Shown here: piece after piece, positions 43,201 to 55,200 of the stretch | Layout of the letters: each line of letters opens with the position of its first letter | How positions within the stretch are numbered: the first letter of the stretch is position 1 | Source of the DNA: an archaeon | GTDB lineage: Archaea; EX4484-52; GLR71 | NCBI GenBank assembly: GCA_013138805.1 | Contig: WTCA01000030.1 | Location: 1 to 56,983 of the forward strand | Reading direction: 5' to 3' | DNA: 56,983 bases | Translations under genes and position numbers: made by a program | The notes under the pieces: generated by a model | The model's database searches: none | Told to the model about the DNA's origin: nothing | The model's input: the letters and a program-made list of their open reading frames with translations, nothing else

Positions 43201-46200
43201 TATATCCTCTTGGTTCTTTTCCTGCCGTGTCAAAAGTGCAGTTATAATAGCCTGTTGATTCATTGTATATCTCGGTCGTGCAGGCATATTGTGTTTCTGT
43301 ATACTGAGAGGTCATTGTGAAATTGACATAAGTTGTGTTCATCGTCTCCTGAGAACTGCAGTCGCTTGTTATGTTTGCACGGATTGTCACATTCTCCTCG
43401 CCGCGAAGATATTTTTCTCCGGAAGGAGAGGTCACAAGATTTGTCATCTGCCCATAGATTGTGATTGTATAATTCTCTGTTGTATTTGAATAGAGATAAT
43501 TGTCATCAGTTATACCTGCCAACCACAACTGATTTTCTGTTTCATAATATGGTGTACATGTCGGCGAAAATATATATGATGCGTGTCCTGTTGAGTTTGT
43601 CTGTAACAGGGAACCGCTGTCATAAGTTGTGCCGTCTGTTGTTATCCAGAAAGTCACATTGGAACTATTTATATAAGACTTGTTTTCAAGGTCATAAGCC
43701 CGCACTATAAGAGTTTCGCTTCCTGCTGACCTGTTGACAGATGTATCATTTGCAGAATAGAATGTCACATTGACTGACGGTTTTGTCACTGTCGGTCCGC
43801 TGAAGACTGTTGTGTTGAATGTGTTTGATGATTCAGCATCTTCTATCTGGAATTTATATGATGCAGTTCCCATATCCTGCGGAGTGAAATCCCATACGAG
43901 AATGCTGCAGTTACCAGTACCGCCCATGACTATGCTTTGACCTTTATCAACCCAGACGCCTGTCGTGTTCGTGAACAGTGTACAGGTCACATTGTCTGAT
44001 TCTGGATCGTCAACAGAGATGTTGAATGTGAAATTCCTGCTCCATCCACCGCTTGATGGTGTGACTGACTCATTATCATAAGTGGTGTTAAGATTCTCAA
44101 GCCAGAATCTGTCAGTCCACCATGTCGTGTTTGGATAGTAATCGGATAGAGTGGATGTCATGTTGACTGTATAGTTGCCTTCCAACTTGCCTGTGGAATC
44201 CCAGGTGCAGTTGTATATTCCTGTACTTTCATCATTCACAGGACTGCACTGGTATGTGCTGCTACCTGAATGCGTAAGGTTAAGAGCTATTGATGCGCCT
44301 GCCTGATTTCCTTCAGCAGGACAGTCTGTACCTGTTGAAATATTTACAAAGATGCTGTCAGTCACATTGAAGACAGAATCCTGGACAGGCAGGTATAAAC
44401 TGTTCTTTAGCTGGCCTACAATCGCAAACTGCCTTATAACGGTTAGGTTTTTGTCTTTATAACAGATGTTATCTGTTGTGCCTATAAGCCAATACTGATC
44501 AGTTGATGCAGAATATCCGCAATCCGGATTAAAAGAATAATTCACATAACCATCTGCATCTGTAACTGTCGTGTTTCCAGAGTCATACGAGATTTCATTG
44601 TATGTTTTCCAGACTGTAGCATTTATACTTGCACCAACTATTGAGCCTAAATCTGTGTCATTTATTCTTACCTTGAAATATTCTGAATCTGCATCTTCAC
44701 GATCAATTGATACACCGGCTCCAGAAACATAGATTACTTCAATATCATCTTTTTCAAGAGTGATGTTCTTTATCACAGACTCATTTGTAAAGCCGAAGCT
44801 GTCTGTCACATTGAATTTATAATAAAGGTAAGGACCCTGAGTTAAATCAGAACAGTCAAAGATCTTGTTGAAAGTTATATTTATCCAGGCCACCGCATTA
44901 AACTTCTCTTCAGAGTCTACAAAATACCATGGTCCTGCTGCGTTATAAGCTTTCCAGAATGATATGTTATCTGTGTCATCCGGCTCAATATCCCTGAACT
45001 CTACCTTGAAGGTATAATTATATCCCCATCCTTCCAGTTCAACATCTACAAATGTCTCTCCCAGTTCCGGAGACTCACCAAGCCGTAAAGCGTCTTCCAC
45101 AAATATGCTTGACATATCATAATATGGCTTTGTTGAGTTCATAGTTATGTTATGGATGCCAAGGAATGCAACACTGCTGTCCCAGGTGCAGTTATATGTT
45201 CCATTGCCAAGATCAGTGAAAGATGAACATACATAAGAATTTGCTCCGGAGGTTATATCAAACTTTATGGTATCAGACTCATTGACATATGTTCCTGTCG
45301 TGGCGGTGCAATCATCGCTTACAGTACCGTACATTGTGATATATGTGCCTTTCTGGTATAAAGCAGTAGGTACAGGAACCTCAAGATTGTTTGAGAGTGT
45401 ACCGTTTATGTCAAGCTCATATAATGTTGAATTCTCATCAAAATAATTGGTACCCCCAATGATTCCTGCTTTCCAGTCCTGTTTTCCTGTAAGGTACAAT
45501 GGAGCTGAACAGCCAGGATTGAAAGTTATGTTAAGATTGCCGGACGGGTCTGTAGTGTCTGCCAAAGAAGTACCCCATATCCCTGTAGTTGTGCCGTTTG
45601 TGGTCACCCAGAAATATCCCTGCATACCCGCACCTAAAGCAGAATCTGTATAATTATCAAATGCCTGTACTGTAAGTACTGTTGAATTGGTGCCTACACG
45701 ATTTATATCTGTACTGTTTCCTAAAACATAATTTATGTATATGCTTCTTTTTGTTACATTGAAATCATAGACCGGCTGCTCATCTGAAAGACTGTCAGTA
45801 TCGCTTGCATTAATCTTCCAGTACCAGGTATCTATGTCTCCAGCTGCTGAATATAATCTTGTCAAGGTCTTTGTCGTGTTTATGCAGTCTGAACAGGATG
45901 TCTGGTCTGCAAGAGTCCATGGGCCTGTCGCAGAACCCATAGATTCCCAGAGATATATATCAACCGTGTCATCATCATCTGTAACATTCACAGTGAATGT
46001 TACCTGTGATTTTGCGGGATTATTTCCCCATACAACTGAAGATTTGTCAGCAGAGGCACCGGAAAGAACAGGATTTATCTGATGGAAAAATGAGTTTAAA
46101 TAGGTCTTGAACAATGGGTTAAGATATTGTCTTGTGGAATTGAGTGTGATGTTATACCAGCCGCCCGGTGCACCTGTGACATTCCATGTGCAGTTATAAT

Positions 46201-49200
46201 AACCGCTTCCTTCATTCACTACAGAACATGCAGTATAATAAGTATCATGCGACAGGTTAAATGAGACTGTTGCATCATCAACAAGATCGGTGACATCACA
46301 TTCCTGTGTCAGGTTTATCCTCACTGTGACATTATCATCATCAAAGAAATCTTCACCTGACGGAGAGACCAGAGTATCGTTCATCTCACCTATGACATAT
46401 ACTATCAATGGCTGTGTAATGTTGGTGTCAAAATAACATGAATCGTCTTTTATGCCGCCGGTCCAGTTCTGAGGACCTATTGAATATTTGGGTGAACAGG
46501 AAGGCTTAAAGATATAATTCATATGGCCTGTTGAATTTGTCTGGTTGAAATAACCACCATCATATGTTGTATCATTATAAGATACCCAGAATGTGCCGTT
46601 TCTTCCCTGTGGCAGTGTTGGAGTGCTTACATTGTCTGAATCAAACACCTGCAATATGAAATGTGTGGTTCCCGAACCTGTCCTGTTGACAGATGTCGCA
46701 TTACCGCCGCCTGCAAAATATGAGACTGTCACATTATCTTTTTCCACTGTGAAATTACTGCTTGAAAGCTCTGTGTCATTCTCATAGTCTGTCGCATTGA
46801 ACTTGTAATACCATACCTGCTGGTCTGAACAGGAAAAACCTTCATAGCTGAAATTCAGCTGGTTCCAGCCATTGCATGAAGTGCAGTTCTTGGAATCCTC
46901 AAATACCCAGGTTGAATTGTCTGACGATATCCAGAAAGAGACATTGACAGTATCGTAATCTTTATCATATACTTCTACTGAAAAATCAAATATTGCACCC
47001 CATCCGTCTGCTTCCTGCAACATGGTCTGATTTGTAAGGTTAGGTACATTGTTTATCGGCGGTATCACTCTAAAAGAATCAGCCTCTGTAATTGTGCCGT
47101 TATTATAATAAGATACATTATATGCTTTTGCAATGACATCGTATCTCCCTACACCTGTGTCTGTTGTGTTCCATTCACAGGAGTAGTTTCCTGACCCAAG
47201 ATCAATCACAGCAGTACAATATGATGCAAAACCGGTGTCTGTGTTATTCAAGGTAAGATTTAATGATGCTCCTGCAATGCTCTGGTTACATTCATCAAGA
47301 ACAGTTATGTTTATTGTCACATTCTCAATGCTGTTCTGATACTGTTCAAGATCTTTAGGGAATGTTACATTAGGCCTTAAATCACCTTGAATATATATAG
47401 TATAGTTTGATGATACCTGATCAGAATAACATGTATCTCCGTCTGTGTATGTCTGCCATTTCTGCTCACCTACCGAATATGAGCAGTCAGGCAGGAAGTT
47501 GAAATTTGCATATCCTGATGAGTTTGTGGTGTTTGAATTAAATGTTGTGAAATTATCTGCATTGTCGTTTGTTACATTCAGGTAGACTGTTGCCTGAGGA
47601 TTGCCTGCAAGAAGGTTTCTGACTGTATCGTTCACAGTATGGGCAAGAAGGACTGAGACCTGTCCAAGCGTGTCTGACCTGTTGACATATGATGCATTGC
47701 CTATATATGACTGGCCAAGAAGAATGTCATCTGTGGTCAATGTATAGTCATGGAATGTGGTTGTCGCATTGCCTTCATAGTATGAGTCAGTCGCATTGAA
47801 CTTGTAAAACCATGTGCTTATGTCTGAACATGTGTAATTTTTGAAAATATTCACCTGTGTGTCTACCGGGCCTGATAGGAATGTGTTGTTCACAACACTG
47901 TAAGGTCCGCCACTTGCGCCTTTGCTATGCCACAGAGTAAGGTTGACACCATTATAATGGCTTACAATTATTGAGAAATTCCGCTCAGAACCCCAACCGG
48001 AATCTGCTGAATTTACAGTTTCATCTGAAAGATATATCGGTGCTGTCAGGAAAAATGCATCCACTCTTGAATCATTGTCCGGATGGTTATATGGCTTTTC
48101 AGCATACATTGTCACATTATAATATCCACCACTAATACCCACAGTATCAAAATTACAGGAGTATACACCGCCGCCTTCATCTGTCGCATAGCCTGCTCCC
48201 GGGCATCTGAAAGTGTTTGCATTTCTGGTCAGGTTGAAATAAACAGATGCGCCTGTCACATCAGTTCCGCAGTCATCTGAAAGAGTTCCGTTCACAGGTA
48301 TGATATCATCCTGAGTATAATTTGTCGATGTGTCAGGGAATGTCTGGGTTGCTGCAAGCGTTCCGTATATGTTGACATTTAATGTGAAAAAGCCTTCAGT
48401 ATCATTTGTCTTGAAATAGTCGCTTGATGTGTTCACTTTCCAGTCCTGCTGGCCTGCAACATAATCGCATCCTGGATTAAAGTCCAGATAATAATGTGTC
48501 GTGTTTTTTGTGTCTGTTGTCTCTTCGCGCCAGAATGATGCTGCTGTATCATTTGTTATCCAGAACTGCACCTCATCAGGCGATGAGGATGAGAGATTAG
48601 TTGTGTATGTATTATTGTCATCATCATATATTCTTAAAGATAAATTTGCGCTGCCTGCGGTCCTGTTGATGTCAACTGCTACAGGTACGACATCTGAAAA
48701 AGATATGTCATCCTTTTCGATGGTGAATGAGCCTGTCTGAAGCGATGTATTTATGTTTCCGGATATATCCGATGCGTTGAAAAGATAGTACCAGTCATCA
48801 ACTTCATCCTGTGTGAATGTCCTGTTGAACACTGTCTGGTTATCCTTGCAGTCATAACATGTCCAATTTTCATACAGGTTCCAGGAACCTGCGCCTTTCT
48901 TAAGATACAGATATACTATGACAGTATTATTATCCTCATCTGTCACATTTATTGTGAAATTGACAGGTGATGCTGACCAGCCATCAGATAATGGAGATAC
49001 ATCCACATAATCTGATTGAGGCACTGTGGACAGATAGAATGCGTTGACAAGAATATCTGTACTGTTCACATAAACACCGAATTCGGTGCCTTCAGAATAA
49101 GATATCATCGTCACATTATACCATCCCAACGGTGCGTTTCCCGGCGAGTTCCATGAATCTGTGGCAAGAGATGCTATTACAGAATAGTTTGTGGCACCGT

Positions 49201-52200
49201 TTGACAAGACATATTCTGTCCCGTATTTTGCGCTGTCAGATTTCACAGCATTGCAGTCATCTTTTATAGTGCCGTCAAGAGGTACTGCACTGCCACGGGT
49301 GTAGTTTACACTGCCGTCCGGAGAAGACATAGATGATGCGGACAGGTTTCCTAAAAGAATGAAAGGGATTGAACCGTAAGGTGAAGGTATTGTGGAATTG
49401 TCCTTATAGTATGACGAGCCTGAAAGACCTGTGATGTAATAGTTCTGCCCAAGCGAATATGATTTTGCGTCATCACACCATTCAGCAGTTGTCATTTCAT
49501 ACAGCATGTATCCTGTACTATTGACAACAGGGCTTTGGGGATAATAAGTGTTGAATGTTGTGTTGCTCCCGAACATAGATATCCGGAAATAACCTTTACC
49601 GAATTCAAGAATTTCAGGAGCTGTACCGTTGTCTGTATCATTGAATCTGGTTGTGAAGTTCAATGCAGAGCTTCGCATGACTGTCGCGTTCCATTGAGGT
49701 GTCTCATTATATACTGCAACATTGTCTTTCTCAACAGTATAGCTATGTCCGGAAAGTTCGGTTGAACCGTCAGCGTTTGTTGCGTTGAACTTGAAGTCCC
49801 AGGTTGAGATGTTTGTATAATTATAATCATAAGTGAAGTTAGCCTGTGTCCATGATACACATGAGGGACAAACCCAGCTGTCTATCAATACATAGCTTCC
49901 TGCAGAGACCTTATGCCAGGCATAGACTGTGACATCTCTTCCAAACCTATCTCTTACCATTGCCGAGAAATTGAATTCCTCACCCCAGCCGCCGATTGTC
50001 AATGCGTCATTACCATCTATATATAATGTGGAGTTATCCAGAAGAGGTGTGTAATCATAGACTTTTACATTGAAATAAAGGTTTTGAGATTCCCGGAAAA
50101 GTTTTCCTGTCACCCAGGTATAGCTTAATTTATCTACGCTTGCATTGACATAAGGATCTGATGTAGCGTCTGCGTAAGATGATATGCTTATATCTCTTGC
50201 AGAGTCTACAAATGATGCCCGGTCTGATGTATCAATTGAATAGTTGCTCCAGAGTAAATTGTATGTGTCAGCAAATGTGTAGTTCTGCCATACTGTATGA
50301 ATCATGCCTGAATCATCTGATATGTTGACTGATGCCTGGCCGATTGTAAGATTGTAGCCTGTCCAGTTATATCTTATATAAAAGTCAATCCCAGTCAGCA
50401 TCTCATATCTTGCGTCGGCAGGTTTTGTGAAACCATAATTTTCTGTTGCTGAACATGATGAAGAGGATTCACAGCCAATAGCTGTGTCATTTGATATTGT
50501 CGTGTATGCTGTAGTATTCCTTATACCTTCTGCAACAAAGATATATGAACCTTCAGCTGTGCAGTTAGCTGTGAAATTTACATATGATGATGCATAAGGG
50601 CTTATGTCTGATAACTGCCAGGTTATCTTTCGTGAGGTATCATTCCAGGTGCCGGAATCATAGACCTGTGTGATGTTGCATTCCCCCGGGATATCAAGAG
50701 TCACATTCCAGTCACTGCTGGTTGAGTTGTCGCCGATGTTTGTGACTTTCAGAGAATAGTTGTAAGAGACATTCAACTGTGAACTTCTTGGCTCAACCCA
50801 GGGATATGCAGGCTGCTGGAGTGTCTCAATATTAAATTCAAGATGGGACTCTTCGGTGTAATTGAATGTCCGGACAGGGTGCGTATCATATTCAACAAAG
50901 TTCTTATTTTCCCAGGTCGTGTTATGATATAGTGTACCTGCCTGACTTGTGCTGACCGGGGATTTTGCCTGGTATGTAAGAACTGCATATTTATTTACAG
51001 GTATTGTTCCAAGCTCCCAGGTGACGATATTGTTTATAAGATCTGTTGTCGCTGAGATAAGTTCTATGTCTGAACCATACTCGTTTGTCATGATACCCGG
51101 GTTTGCAGGGGTCCAGCCGGTCGATATTGTCTCTTTTATTATGGTGCTTCCTGAAGATGCTGTGCATCCCTTGTTGTATATGGTCAGCTGTGAATCAAAG
51201 ACTGTATCAGTCCCTATGTTTGACGGTGTCTCTCTTGTGATTTCAAGTATGGCTATTGAATTGCTCTCATTTATCATAGAGGTAGAATTTCTTGTCTTTT
51301 CAGAGACAGGATAGGTATAGGCAACGGTTGCATTGATATAGACGATTTCTGCAGCTGAGGAGGAGGAGGTAAGGTTAAAGCTGACAGTATAATTGCCGGG
51401 GGATGTCGTGTTTACCAATTGATATGCCGGCGAATAGCTCCATCCTGCCGGTGTTTCAAGAGATACATTATATTCTATTGTATCTGTGAATGGATTCGTG
51501 ATTGTGACATTGTACTGCTCAGTTGTCTGGTTGCACATCCAGTCAAGAACACGGCTTGAGACTGATACATTCTTGAATATGAAAGGTTCTGTACGGTCGT
51601 ATGAAGTTGAGCCGTTGACAAGATATGCGTTGAGATCATAGTCATCGGAAAGCCATGAAGATGTGTTGATATCTGTGATGTTAGCAAGATAGATTGAATC
51701 GGCAGAAATGCTTATGGACTGGGAAGATGAATTTATTATGGCGCCGGTGCTGTTGGTTATGTTAAGCCATAAAGTTCCTTCAAACTGATTGTTTTGGGAA
51801 TTGGCTATCCTTACAGATACATTGAAAAAACCGTCTCCTGTCTCCATCCCTGTTGTCTCTGTGCTGTTGATTGATGCCTGTAAGTTTTGGATATGGACAG
51901 TCTCATTATAATATGCCTGAAGGTTCATGGCAGTCAGATTGATGCCGTTTGAGCCTATATTTGTTATGTTGAATGTGCAGTAGCCGGTGCCGTTTGCGTT
52001 AAGCTGTCGTTCCAGAACCGGAATCCTGTCTGTGCTGTCTGAAGTCAGGTTGATAGTGTAGCTGTGCAATATGTCAGTCCAGACTGTGCCATTGTAGGAC
52101 AGGACTCTTAACATTACATCTTTTTGTCCTGCTGTGACATTTGTATAATTGATATTAAGATATGCAGCCCGGTAATCTCCTGAGTCGCAGGCAAAATATG

Positions 52201-55200
52201 CGATTGCGCTGTCGCCTGAAGCAAGGATGATGGGGAGAGATACACCAGGATTGCTGTCTTCAATCAGCTTGTATATAGATATAGTGTCATCTATTGTATC
52301 GTTTCTCAGTTCAGAATCCATTGTGGCGTTAACTGTGATGGTAAGATTATATGCGCCGGAAGAGTTTGGTGTTATGTCCCAGTGAGCATCTTTTGTGTTT
52401 CCTGAAAGGATTGAGGCAATATACACGACATTGCTGTATGCAGTGCCGTTCCAGACTGTCCAGCCGGAAGGAACTGTTAATGTTGCGTTTATGTCTGTAG
52501 CATCGCCCTGCAATGCCATAAAGGTTGCGTTGAGACCGAAGGTTCGGTTCTCAAAGATTTCAGCAGGACTCTTTACTGAAGTTGCATCAATGACGGGTTC
52601 ACAGGATTCTGTATTGACATCAACTATGAAATTGTCTGAGATATTGTAATTATAATAACTGTCAAGAGATGTGTTGATGAAAGCGCGCCATAATCGTGTG
52701 CCGTTCTGGAATGTACAGTCAGGGATGAAATCAAAGTTTGCATGGCCTGTCGTATTTGTATTGTTTGTGCCGATGGTCTGCCAGATAGTATCTGCAGCAT
52801 CTCTTGTGACTTCAAAAGTGACTGTAGCTGCAGTCGTGTTGACATAATCCTGACGGATAAGGTCGTTTACACGGACTGAAAAGTTTGCAGACTGAGGCGG
52901 TAAGTAATGAGCATCAGATTCGTTTCCTGACGCGTATTCTACAGACACATTATCTTTGGTGACTGTCACCTTATGAGTTGAGGCGTCAAAATCTGAATAT
53001 GTACCGTTCATGTCAAACCTGTAATACCATGTGCCTATCTCGGACGATGTGAAATTACGATACCAATACTTTAAAGAGTCAACACAGTTGATGCAGTCTG
53101 TCGGTGTCTGGTTTATGCAAGTCGCACCATCACATGCAGTTGTCGGTGGAGGTGTCTGGGAAAGCATCAAAGAAACGGTATATACATCTGTAGGATGACC
53201 GCTGCTCGCTATGATTGAAAAGTTCCAGTCAGAATAACCCCAGCCGTGTGATAAGGGGATGCCGTCGGGATTTTCAAGCTTGAGCTTTTCCAAAAGATAG
53301 AACAGACTATCCCTTCCGAAAGAGGAGCCGTCCTTAAGCGTGCCATTATCATAATAGTATGTCTTGTTTGAATACATTGTGGTGTTATACCAGCCCATGT
53401 TGGTCTGCAAGGTTGTCGGAAGATCGCAGGTGTATGCGTTTGCACCCACAGGACTTACATCAGTACAGTTATAGCCTGAAGCAGCACTGTAATTGGCATA
53501 AAATCGTACTGTTGTCGTCAGAGGATCGCCGCAATCATCTGTGGTTGAGCCAAGGAACGGGATAGTGGCTTCCTGGGTATAATTGATTGAACCGTCAGGT
53601 TTTTGAAGGTCAAGAATTATGTCACCATAGATTGTGAAATTGAGATCAGCGGTTGTATTATATATATAGCAGGTTGATGTGGATTCTGCAACATAAGCTT
53701 TCCAAAGACGGTCGCCGACCTCATATTTAGGCAAGCATCCAGGTTCAAAAGAATACTGGGAATATCCGGTACTGTTTGTTGTGTTGCCGTATACAGGACC
53801 CCAGACACCGGGCGATAATGTCATTGTGAAGTTTACCATAAGATCAGGCAATACAGAACCGTTAAGATCGCTGACTCTTAATGAGAATTGGTTTGTCTGA
53901 GTACCGCTCCTGTTAGCTGTGGAATCTATGCCATATATGTAATCAAACAAGATTGTGTCCTGGGTCAATGTGAAATTGTTTTCTGATGTCTCAGCAGTTG
54001 TGTTTGTATTATTCATAGCATTTGTCATGTTGAATTTCCAGAACCAGGTATCCTGCAGTGAACAGTCAAAAGTCTGGGTGAAATTGAAATCCTGCCACTG
54101 GCCGATTAAAGTATAATTGCTTGAGTTCATCTGGATCCATGGACCGGACGGACTGGAACCTCTCCAAAGATATAATTCGGCTGTTGAATTTGTGTCAAAG
54201 ATGCTTATATTGAATGTTCTCTGCATACCCCAGCCTTCTGTTATAAGGTCAACTGACGCGTTCTCTGACTGAGGCACATTTGTCCAGGTCGTCATGTTGA
54301 ATGTTTCTGAAAAATTGTACTTGTAACATGAATCTGAGTCAGGTACAAAACCAAGCCATTCCTGTTTCTCTGTCGAATATGCAGAGTCTGGTGTGATATC
54401 ATAAAGGACATAACCGGTTGAGTTTGTTGTGTTTGTGCCAAGAGTATAATATTGTGTGCCCAAACCCTGCTTTGTAATGTTGATGCTGACTGAGGCTGAG
54501 GTTGATGAAAGATAAGTTGAGTTGTCTATATCATACACTCTCAACTGTATTGTGGAAGGATGATTCAATGTTGCGTTGGTCTCATTTCCTGCGATGTAGT
54601 CTATACGGATATTGCTCTCCTCAAGAACAAACTGCTCATCGATAGTGTAATCTGCGCCGGATGTTGTATAGTTGTTGCCTTCAGTGTCTGTCGCGTTGAA
54701 CTTGAATTTTTTTGTCTCAATATCTGAACAGCCATAAGTAGTGTTCCATGACAAGGTCGTATTTGAACAGGAAACGCACTGCTGGCTGGAACCTATCTCG
54801 ACCCAGTCCTCTGTTCCAAAAGTTGCCTGCCATAATCTGACAGTCACTGTGTCTCCAGTATTATCTGTTACATTCACTGTGAAATTTCTCAATGCAGACC
54901 AGCCTTCTGTCTTTGGTGTGACTTCGGCAGAATCCAGTTTTGGTGTTGATTTTATTTTTAATGCATCAGTTTCAGAAGATGTGTCATTATTATAGTAGCC
55001 TTTTGATGCGATGATTGTCACATTATAATTGCCTACAAGTTTTCCTGAAGTTGGCCAAAGACAGGTATATGGATTTTCAGTTGAGGAAGAATAACAGTAA
55101 TAGGATGTGCTGGCAGTTGTTATGTTGAAAGTTACATTTGTATCAGAAACTGCAGTCAGGCAGTCATCTGTCACATTTCCGCTGAAGGATACATCTGTAC

